IMG/VR virus record: IMGVR_UViG_3300028025_002046
Location: 30,589-94,588 of that record
Length of the DNA: 64,000 nt
Reading direction: 5' to 3' (one strand)
DNA from: a virus
Shown here: positions 20,267 to 28,440 of the stretch, one piece after another
Position numbering within the stretch: the first letter of the stretch is position 1
Layout of the letters: each line of letters opens with the position of its first letter
Notes under the pieces: model-generated
Told to the model about the DNA's origin: nothing
Databases searched by the model: none
What the model saw: only the letters and a program-made list of their open reading frames with translations
Program-made: the position numbers and the translations under genes

Positions 20267-20293
20267 AGTGCTGGGTATCACTATAAACTACCC
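20267..20293 (+). ncRNA. H-type pseudoknot motif copy
   Basis: agtg-c-tgggta-t-cact-ataaac-taccc. Confidence 0.6.
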
Positions 20294-20457
20294 CCACATG
20301 GGCGTACCCCTCCCTGCCCCAAGATCCATTTACGATAGCTTTAAGAAATCTCCAGAAAATTCCCCAAAACTTTTTGCTAAATAGTATTGACAAACAGAGT
20401 GTTTGCCTGTATAATTAGACTATACACAAATCAACCACTAACAGAAAGAGAACCCCT

Positions 20458-21474
20458 ATGGCTCACGAACTAGAACAAGGCGAGAATGGCGAAGTTGCTT
20501 TTGCTTCGCTACGCCAACCTGCTTGGCACAATCTAGGCACTGTCTTTGAAGAGCAGGTCAATACAGCAGAGATGCTGAAACTTGCTCACCTTGATAATTG
20601 GAATGTTCGTCTTGAAGATGTAACCATTCCAGAAAACTTTGAGAGCGACAAAAACTATTCGTTCGTTACTCGCACTAACCCTTTTGATAACACCAAGAAT
20701 GATGTTCTCGGCGTTGTCGGTGAGCGTTATGTTCCCCTACAAAACGAAGACCTATTTTCGTTTGGCGACAACCTGCTAGACGGCGGTGGTCGTTGGGAAA
20801 CCGCTGGCTCAATCAAGGGTGGTCGTCAGGTGTTCGGCTCTATCGCTTTGGCTGATAGCATTACCCTAGACCCTAATGGTCGTGCTGATAAGATTGATAA
20901 CTATCTTCTAATCAACACTTCTCACGACGGAAGCATTGCTATTCAGGCAAGTATCACGCCTGTTCGTGTTGTATGTGCTAACACTCTCAACCTTGCTCTA
21001 TCTTCATTCAAGGGCAAGAAAGCAGCGAAGCAGACTTTCAAAATCCGCCACACTTCAACTGCCGAAGGTAAAATCGCAGTTGCTCGTGAAGCACTAGGTC
21101 TTGCCAAGACTTACCTAGACGAGTTTTCTCTTATGGCTAACGCTATGATTGAAAAGGAAATCACTAAGGCTGACTTTGATAAGATTGTCGCTCTTGCTTA
21201 CCCTGCTCCTGAAAAAGACGCTAAGGGTTCATTCAAGAAATACGACAGCAAGATTGACCTGCTAAACGACATTTATGTTGGGCAATTCAATGACACCATT
21301 TCTGGAACTGCTTGGGGAGCATACAACGCTCTAACCGAACGCCTAGACTGGTATCGCTCTGCTCGTGGTGGAAGCAACGAGAGTATCTACGCTTCTGCTT
21401 CTGGCTTTGACCCTGTAATCAACGCAGAGAAGAACCGCTTGATGAAGATTGTTCAACAGGTTGTAATGGCGTAA
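20458..21474 (+). CDS. DUF932 / TIGR03299 phage-plasmid-like protein
   Basis: AWHNLG; LGVVGERYVPLQNE; ETAGSIKGG; SHDGS; TPVRVVCANTL; RHT; GTAWGAYNALTE. Confidence 0.85.
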   Translation: MAHELEQGENGEVAFASLRQPAWHNLGTVFEEQVNTAEMLKLAHLDNWNVRLEDVTIPENFESDKNYSFVTRTNPFDNTKNDVLGVVGERYVPLQNEDLFSFGDNLLDGGGRWETAGSIKGGRQVFGSIALADSITLDPNGRADKIDNYLLINTSHDGSIAIQASITPVRVVCANTLNLALSSFKGKKAAKQTFKIRHTSTAEGKIAVAREALGLAKTYLDEFSLMANAMIEKEITKADFDKIVALAYPAPEKDAKGSFKKYDSKIDLLNDIYVGQFNDTISGTAWGAYNALTERLDWYRSARGGSNESIYASASGFDPVINAEKNRLMKIVQQVVMA

Positions 21475-21621
21475 GCCATTCTCCCTTGCTCCTGGCAGTA
21501 AAATGTCAGGGGTATAGGGGGTACCCAGCTATCGATCTTATTTACGACACACCTTACGATATCCCTATAATGTCATACCCTACCCTTATAATAGATACAT
21601 AACCCGAAGAAAGGAAAAGCA

Positions 21622-21807
21622 ATGCCTAAATACCAAATAGAAATGATGATTGAATTCTCTGGTGAGATTGAAGCAGACAACGAAGAACACGCAGAACAAC
21701 TTGCTTGGACGAGTTGGGGAGATACAATGGATAGCCCTATCGTTTATGACGGTGTTTATTCAATTGAAGTAGAAGCAGTAGACGAAGAAGAAGACGAGGA
21801 AGACTAA
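21622..21807 (+). CDS. Acidic microprotein (EA-x3-A family)
   Basis: EIEADNEEHAEQLA. Confidence 0.65.
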   Translation: MPKYQIEMMIEFSGEIEADNEEHAEQLAWTSWGDTMDSPIVYDGVYSIEVEAVDEEEDEED

Positions 21808-22052
21808 TGGGAGCAAGAATAAATCCAGACGACATTCAGTTTCGTAAAGACGCTGACTACTATATGGACCCTATCGGTCTAGCAGTCATCCTTATTGAAG
21901 AGATGATTGACTGGGGTATTGAACGAGACCGAATGATTGTTGAGAAACTACCAGAAGAACACATTTGGTATTTTGATGGTCTACTCCGTCGAACAGAAAC
22001 TATCCTAGACAGACTAGGTGTAGAGAACATTCCAGTAGTAGGTGATTGCTAA
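21807..22052 (+). CDS. Hypothetical protein
   Basis: ORF track; coupled start/stop. Confidence 0.6.
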   Translation: MGARINPDDIQFRKDADYYMDPIGLAVILIEEMIDWGIERDRMIVEKLPEEHIWYFDGLLRRTETILDRLGVENIPVVGDC

Positions 22053-22151
22053 TGAGTGATTGTATTGAGAATGATAACGGACGTTGTATGTTCTGTGGTG
22101 CTATAATGTCTGACCCTACCGCTATAATTGAAGCCTAACCAAAGGAGAACA

Positions 22152-22325
22152 ATGTCTAAAACCTATCAAGTAGAATACAATGCTGTCTATTGGGTAACTG
22201 CCAATAGCGAAGAAGAAGCAATTGAGTTGGCTATTGAAGAACACGAACAAATGCCTAATGGCGATTGGGAAGCAATGATAGACCCTTATGACAGCGACAA
22301 CTTCAACACACTAGGAGAGAAATGA
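22152..22325 (+). CDS. Acidic microprotein (EA-x3-A family)
   Basis: AGGAG RBS; WVTANSEEEAIELA. Confidence 0.65.
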   Translation: MSKTYQVEYNAVYWVTANSEEEAIELAIEEHEQMPNGDWEAMIDPYDSDNFNTLGEK

Positions 22326-22863
22326 CACAACTAGAAAGCCTACTAGAAGAAAAGGCAGAACTGCTTCAAGACTTTGAAGATGTAAAGAATATGCTAAGTG
22401 ATTCAGGACACGACCTATTCCTAAACAGGATAGATATGCTTGACAGTATGATTGAGATTGAGTTGAACAATGCCTAATTACATTATTGTTGCTACTAGAA
22501 AACAAGAGTTTGAGATTGATGCTGTTGATTTTCCAGATGAACAGGCTGCCCTTGCTTCTTTGGATAATTGGATTGCTGATGACTTTGAAGCATTTGCTAT
22601 TCAGGCAACTTGGGATTTTGAGGTGTTAGCAAATGACTAGACCTGCTTGTGCTTGGTGTGGTATGGATGAAATGGATGAGTATGCCTCATTCAACGGTAA
22701 AGATATTTGTATAGATTGTGCAGGAGAATAATGAGTTATAGCACTTGTAGAGAATGTCTTGAAGACTACCTAGATGAAGACCTAAATGATTTTATGGTTT
22801 GTTATGTATGTGACCACGAATGTGACGAAACCTGTAATAATCCCTGTAATGTAAAGGAAGCAA

Positions 22864-23055
22864 ATGAGTAAAAAGATAAACATCAAATTTGAATTGAACT
22901 ATGATTTGGAAGACCTACGCTTTATGGTGGGGGAAGACTTTCCAGAAGAACAATTTCGTGAACGAGTAATTGAATATGCTTTCCACGACCTACACGAAAT
23001 GTTGCGTAGCGATAGCGTAGATGCTTGGGCAGATGTGGAAGAAATCAATGAGTAA
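22864..23055 (+). CDS. Acidic hypothetical protein
   Basis: ORF track; AAGGA RBS. Confidence 0.6.
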   Translation: MSKKINIKFELNYDLEDLRFMVGEDFPEEQFRERVIEYAFHDLHEMLRSDSVDAWADVEEINE

Positions 23056-23245
23056 CGCTATGGGAGAAATCACAGTAGGCGAAGCGTATGAAGAAGGTTT
23101 CTATGATGCTAGGGCAAGTGTATTAGAACTAATAGATGAGTGGTATACGGAGTATAAATCAAGTTTAGACTTGCTACCCTTGCCAGTTGCGATTGGCTTT
23201 TTGAAACAGGCTATCTTAGATGCCGATGTTTTAGATATGGAGTAA
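23048..23245 (+). CDS. Hypothetical protein
   Basis: ORF track; AYEEGFYDA motif. Confidence 0.55.
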   Translation: MSNAMGEITVGEAYEEGFYDARASVLELIDEWYTEYKSSLDLLPLPVAIGFLKQAILDADVLDME

Positions 23246-23418
23246 CATCCACCCGAAAGGGTGGGTACCCCCAGTTAACATAATATAGTTAAACTAAATA
23301 ATTAATTACGAAAGCGGATTAAGATCCCCGAAATCTTTTCCCAGAAATTTAGCTTTTGCTATTGACAAATGAGGCGTTATGCCTTATACTTGTAATACAA
23401 CCCAAAAGAAAGAGAACA

Positions 23419-23931
23419 ATGCATACCCTACAATACATTGCAATTCAATCAGAAGATAAAGAGAGTGCAGCCAACACAGTAAAGAACCTACTAGAAGAAG
23501 AACTAAATCCTGGTTCGTCTTGGTATGACTGGTTCGTTGTAGGTGGAGGTCGCTTTGCTCCTAATCCAGAAGACCAGTATGATGACACCCATGAGACTGT
23601 TATCTCCTATGCAGATACCCCTGACATTTTTGATGAGAAAGTTGGAGACTGTATGAAATCCAAAGGTCGTGAGTATCAGGAACTCTATACAGATTACAAA
23701 CTAAATAAAGAAGAAATAGAGAAGACCTTTGAGGCTTGGAATGGCAACATGGAATTCTCTATGGCTCTCTATCCACTACGGAAGATGTTGGACATTGTTC
23801 AAGGACATTGGGATTACACATCTCGTGTATACGACATTACCAATTGGTCTACCAATACCCACCACATGAACAGAAGTCTAGCAGACGGAAACAAAAATTG
23901 GTTCCTTGTGCCTGTTGACTTTCACTTCTAA
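23419..23931 (+). CDS. Conserved phage hypothetical protein (WxDW..vGG.R ... vDxH family)
   Basis: WYDWFVVGGGRF; C-terminal VPVDFHF; sigma-A promoter 23362. Confidence 0.75.
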   Translation: MHTLQYIAIQSEDKESAANTVKNLLEEELNPGSSWYDWFVVGGGRFAPNPEDQYDDTHETVISYADTPDIFDEKVGDCMKSKGREYQELYTDYKLNKEEIEKTFEAWNGNMEFSMALYPLRKMLDIVQGHWDYTSRVYDITNWSTNTHHMNRSLADGNKNWFLVPVDFHF

Positions 23932-23970
23932 ACCTGCTATACTTATACTCCCACAAACAAAGGAAACGAA

Positions 23971-24171
23971 ATGGCTACATTTGAAGTCACTGTGACTTAT
24001 CACTTCGACACAACTTACGAAGTCGAAGCAGACAACTATGAACACGCAGAATACAAAGCCCTAGAAGAAGCAACCGAATGGAAGCCTTACTCATCTGAAA
24101 AGGGATACACCGAAGACTGGTATCAGGTAGAAGTTGAGCCAGCCCTGATTAGCGGAGAGATTGAAGACTAA
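23971..24171 (+). CDS. Acidic microprotein (EA-x3-A family)
   Basis: YEVEADNYEHAEYKA. Confidence 0.65.
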   Translation: MATFEVTVTYHFDTTYEVEADNYEHAEYKALEEATEWKPYSSEKGYTEDWYQVEVEPALISGEIED

Positions 24172-24596
24172 TGATATTAGTAGACAATTGGGTAGACACC
24201 TACAAGCCAATCAAGAATGAGAATAACGACTGGGGTGGAACCTACTCTGCCTTTGAAACCTATGGAACAGAACTAGACTTCGTATGGTCTAAGCCTAACA
24301 ATCTTGTTTGGACTGAGATTGACGGTGACGAGGGTAGTTACATTATCGCTGGCAAGCACATTGTAAATCGCCTACAATACTTTGTATGCGAAGTGCCTTG
24401 GGAAGATGAGAACCTTATGGTCGCTATCTCTGTTGAGCAAGAGTGTGAACTCTGTGGCGGAACAGGCGAGCAACCACTTGGAGAAGATGAAGTAGAAGAC
24501 TGCGACACCTGTGGTGGTCGTGGCTACTGGCAGGTCTATCCAGACACTATGGAAGAACTAGAAGCACTAATCGGGAAAGAGAGAGCAAATGGCTAA
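24171..24596 (+). CDS. Hypothetical protein with DnaJ-type CxxCxGxG zinc finger
   Basis: CELCGGTG...CDTCGGRG. Confidence 0.7.
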   Translation: MILVDNWVDTYKPIKNENNDWGGTYSAFETYGTELDFVWSKPNNLVWTEIDGDEGSYIIAGKHIVNRLQYFVCEVPWEDENLMVAISVEQECELCGGTGEQPLGEDEVEDCDTCGGRGYWQVYPDTMEELEALIGKERANG

Positions 24597-25280
24597 ATAC
24601 GTCAAGCACCTAAGCAACGAAGAACTAATGGCAAGAATAGCAGATGACCTAGTTAGTATGCATAATGATACTGGTATTCATCTTGGATACTGGGAGACGG
24701 CTATGGAACTTGTAGAACGTTTTTACCACGTAAATGTTGAAGTAATCGTAGGAGAGAAGAAGAACTATGAAAGCGTTTGAGAACCTTGCCTTTGACAGGG
24801 AGAACTTTGAGAGTTGGGTAGATGAAAGTCTACAGACCAGGCTTACTGATGAGCAGTGGGAGCGTGTCAAGGATGAACTTGACGGACGTGTAGAGAACTA
24901 CTTGGACCAGATGATTTACGACGTTGTGCTAGAGTTTAGGGAGGGAGCCTTCGATGAATAAGGACTGGGACCTAAACATCTTCTTCAAAGAAGTATGGGA
25001 TGAGAACGTAGAAGAGTATGTGCTTGAAGATGTGTTGACTATCAATCCTGTAGTCTACATGTATGACAGTAATGGTTCTAATAATCATTATTCAGATATC
25101 ATCTGGACCACTACCTTTGCAGAAGCACGTTACCTACGGAGCCAGTATCCAGAGAAAGAATACGGCTACGACTGGACTGACACCATTAGCAACTTCATAG
25201 AGATTGCACCACCTAGGCTGAAGTCTCTAGCCATGGCATTACCCAGTGCCTACGATTACAAGATAGACTTGGTGGGTTGA
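24589..25280 (+). CDS. Three overlapping acidic hypothetical ORFs (24589-24780, 24767-24961, 24954-25280)
   Basis: ORF track; translational coupling. Confidence 0.6.
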
Positions 25281-25413
25281 GACTACTCCTCATCAGGATA
25301 CGCTAAGGGGTTGGCGTATTCGGTGGTAGGTTGAGAGACGTTATTTCCTTTCACTCTTGACCTACCACCACAATTTTGGTATAATAGAAGTTACAACTAA
25401 ATACGGAGAACAA

Positions 25414-25608
25414 ATGACAAACGACGAAAACAAAGTAGCAGACAAGATTGGAAAACTTGTATCAGACCTAACATTAGACATTGAGCAGGTAGGACTTTAC
25501 ATTGGACGACAACCGAATGTAATTCTAAATAGATTAGAAATCATTACCGAGACAGCACGAGAAGAAAAGGAAGACCTACATTTGACCATTGACAATGATT
25601 GGCGGTAG
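25414..25608 (+). CDS. Hypothetical protein
   Basis: GGAG RBS; promoter 25357. Confidence 0.65.
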   Translation: MTNDENKVADKIGKLVSDLTLDIEQVGLYIGRQPNVILNRLEIITETAREEKEDLHLTIDNDWR

Positions 25609-25623
25609 GTGTATAATAGAACT

Positions 25624-25914
25624 ATGAACGAAACCACTATAGATAACAAATGTAACATCCTAGCAGAACTATGGATGGACTACCGAGATGATGTAAACTT
25701 TGATGACTTCATCAACTACGCTGACTTAGGTTTGCCATTGGCATACGCTATCAGTAATGAGATAGTCAAACTTACTCCACAGGCAGAGAAGTTTATCACG
25801 GAGGCTTTTGATTTGCTAGTAGCAAGTATGGGTCTAGAAGATACAGGCTTTGAAACTCTGGATGACATTTTCATGGAAGGCGATTTAGAAGCTTTCGAAG
25901 ATCCAGAAGAGTAA
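25624..25914 (+). CDS. Acidic hypothetical protein, leaderless
   Basis: ATG 7 nt after TATAAT; last gene of plus-strand block. Confidence 0.7.
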   Translation: MNETTIDNKCNILAELWMDYRDDVNFDDFINYADLGLPLAYAISNEIVKLTPQAEKFITEAFDLLVASMGLEDTGFETLDDIFMEGDLEAFEDPEE

Positions 25915-26800
25915 CCAGTGGATCCCCTGCAAAGGGGAGACCTGGGGTACCACATCTTATTCAATTTGTCAATAGCCAATTTATCCAATATAAAAAAGTA
26001 TTACGATAGCTTCAAATTTTCCCCATATTCTTTATATATATCACTATCAAAATAGATTACGATAGATCATATATTTTCCCATATTCATGTATCAGCCTAT
26101 ATAGTGTATATACCTATAGGGATATTACGATAACCTTTAGCTACCCCCGAAGGGCTGGCAGAGCCAGGGTATTACGAATGATAAGCAAAATCCCCTATAT
26201 AAGATACAACACCATATCGTTTGATATTGATTGATTATCTTTATTTATTTAAAAAAACATTACGATATTCGTTTATTTTTCCCCAAAATTGATATATTAT
26301 TGAGAATAATTATCATTAAGAATATACTTGACAAATGTGGATATATGTGCTAGGGGATAGGGGGCTATGGGAAAATGATTACGAGGCTTAAGATACATGA
26401 GCTCTATTACACATATATATTTCCCAAATCCATCTTATTGAGAATGAGTATCAACAACAGTAAGATCTTTGTGGATAACTCTGTGGATAAAACCTATCCA
26501 AAATAGCCTTTAAAGGGGGTATAGAGAGACTTTAATCTGTCTCTGAATGTTCTGGGGTATCGAATATTTGCTGTATCAGATAGGCTTGCAAAAGATCTTT
26601 TCCTAATACATCCCTATACTCTCCAGCTACATTTATTAGATATGTGGCATCAGGGAATATGATGTATTTGCTTTTATTAGCCATGTGTTTCTCCTTATAG
26701 GTTTATTATGTTATATAGGTATTACGAAGCTTCTTCGTTGTTCCCCGAAATTTCTAGATCCAAGATCTCTTCCATAGCAGTCTCTAAAGACTTAGGAATA
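25915..26800. repeat. AT-rich convergent region with no credible ORF: 7 TTACG repeats (6 followed by a C-tract), two Zur/Fur-like boxes and a DnaA box pair
   Basis: TTACG at 26001, 26057, 26125, 26172, 26260, 26379, 26722; TGTGGATAA at 26470 and 26482; TATTGAGAATAATTATCATTA at 26298; TATTGAGAATGAGTATCAACA at 26436. Confidence 0.7.
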
Positions 26801-26807
26801 ATCTCAC

Positions 26808-27824
26808 TCATAGCACGTTCACATCATTGACTAGGAAGATAATCTCTTCGGCTGTATCTTTGTCTAGCATAGTGTTAGCTATACGAGCAAAACGTTCTCT
26901 CTCCTGTTTACGAACGTTGTCTGCAAACTCTTTAACTGCATCAACATCTTCTTTAGTGGTGCTATTGTCTAGCACTAACATTCCGTGTTCAAAAACAATC
27001 ATTAGAAAGGATTGTCCCCATGCTCAAAGGTGTGGTCCTTGAGAGTCTTGGCTTCGTCAATAGCAGCCTGTAGGATTACGATGGCACTCTGTGCTTCTTC
27101 TAGAGTTAGCTCTACAGTTGTCCAAGTGCTAGTCTGGTGGTTTGATACGACTAGGTTTACCATAGGAACATTATCACTCCAGCTCTTGAAGCCGTCTGCC
27201 ATAAATGCTGTGTATTCTTTTGTTATTCTATTAGTCATTGTTGCTCCTTATTTTCTGTATTTGTTGTTTTCAATAGCGTGAATTGTGTATAGCAATATGC
27301 CTACCGCCACTATAAACGGTGACAGGATAATACCTATGCATAATGCCATGAATACTATACCCTCAAACATCGTTACGATCCTCTGTCCTTTTTGCCAGAT
27401 CGATTAGCCATGCCAGCAGGAATGTTACTCCAAGACATACTACGCAGAGTAGTCCCAATGCAAGTTCTACCATTTAACTTTAATCTTTCCCTCGTTTACG
27501 AATGTGCTGTGTGCTTGCTCCATAAAAGCTTTCTTGGCTAATGCCTTTAGCTGTGCCTTAGTCCAGTGGCTAAGTTTATCTTCGTCGGAATCAATCTCTA
27601 ATTCAACAACGTTCTTAAGAACGATCTTAACTGTTCTTGTCATCGAATACCGTTGGGTCAACGAACTCAAGGATGGCTACCACTGCCTGTAGCTGGTGTC
27701 TAGCCTGTTTACGATATCGCCATTTACCATACTTCTCGTAGGTCTCTAGCTGGTTTCCTACACTTAGTAGAAAGTCTGCAATGCGTTCTCTTTCGGCTTT
27801 TACGCCATCTTCATATGTTTTCAT
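26808..27824 (-). CDS. Cluster of small hypothetical ORFs (26808-27002, 27002-27238, 27467-27643, 27627-27824)
   Basis: ORF track; coupled starts/stops. Confidence 0.55.
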
Positions 27825-27838
27825 AATACAATTATATC

Positions 27839-28336
27839 CTATGCTGCTTGTTTTGTCAATAGTGGTTTGTGTGTTACCCAGAAATACTGGCAGGTATCGC
27901 AACATGGTTCGTTGTGCTTACTGCCTACTGCTTCGATAAAGTGTGAGTAGTAGATTGGATCTTTACGATGCAGGTTAGCCTTGTGGGTGGTGGTAACTCG
28001 CTTCATTACGATGCTGTTCTCATACCACTCTGGTAGCTCGGTTCCCCAATACTTTCCCTCGGTAGCAACAAGAGCATTAATATTAGCAAGGTTCTTGTCA
28101 GTCTTAATGCCACGGACATTTGCTTGCTTAACCATAGCCATGGTGTAGTTAAGTAAAGTAAACTCGGAGCCACGCCACATCTTAACAGCTGGGTGGTTAC
28201 GCCATCCTGCACGTGGGTCTGGATTGGATAAGACTTTAAGAATCTGGTAACATTCCAGGATCTGCTTGTTAAGTCGTTTGTTGTCTAGGGCTAGAGCAGA
28301 GTTCTCAAAATCTGCATATGGGAGAAAGGTTTGCAT
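27839..28336 (-). CDS. Pyrimidine-dimer DNA glycosylase / endonuclease V-like (MSMEG_6728 family)
   Basis: MQTFLPYADF..SA..LD..RL.KQ..E..QIL; GWRNHPAVKMWRG. Confidence 0.8.
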   Translation of the reverse strand: MQTFLPYADFENSALALDNKRLNKQILECYQILKVLSNPDPRAGWRNHPAVKMWRGSEFTLLNYTMAMVKQANVRGIKTDKNLANINALVATEGKYWGTELPEWYENSIVMKRVTTTHKANLHRKDPIYYSHFIEAVGSKHNEPCCDTCQYFWVTHKPLLTKQAA

Positions 28337-28440
28337 ACGTTCCTATCGTTTAATGGACCTTATATATCTATTATACAGGATGCTCGCTTGCTTGTCAAGC
28401 GTTTGTTCCTCTATTTACCGCCGAGTTTTTACGCCGAGCT

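Larger units (their letters stand above)
9473..22128 (+). promoter_or_regulatory. Array of at least 27 promoters (aa)TGTCnn-N10-TAnnnT (PafBC/RecA-NDp type)
   Basis: TGTC starts at 9473, 9916, 10094, 10416, 10850, 11268, 11459, 11974, 12173, 12787, 12976, 13546, 13854, 14074, 14284, 14684, 15197, 15652, 16279, 17098, 17523, 18233, 18923, 19514, 19722, 21571, 22107; each has TAnnnT starting exactly 16 nt after the first T. Confidence 0.85.
17187..25617 (+). promoter_or_regulatory. Six canonical sigma-A promoters TTGACN-N17-TA(T)AnT
   Basis: -35 at 17187, 20387, 23362, 23915, 25357, 25589, each with a 17-bp spacer. Confidence 0.75.

Noticed and set aside
21501-21526. A 28th TGTCAG promoter copy
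   Set aside because: No TAnnnT at the required spacing; the sequence is one arm of a hairpin
9865-25951. CRISPR array interpretation of the regularly recurring repeats
   Set aside because: Intervals are 0.3-2.7 kb, variable and protein-coding; repeats are degenerate; no cas operon
8473-28424. TCGGCGGTAAA at 8473 and its inverted copy at 28414 flanking the block (possible inversion sites)
   Set aside because: Only 11 bp, 20 kb apart, with no recombinase in the window; could be chance
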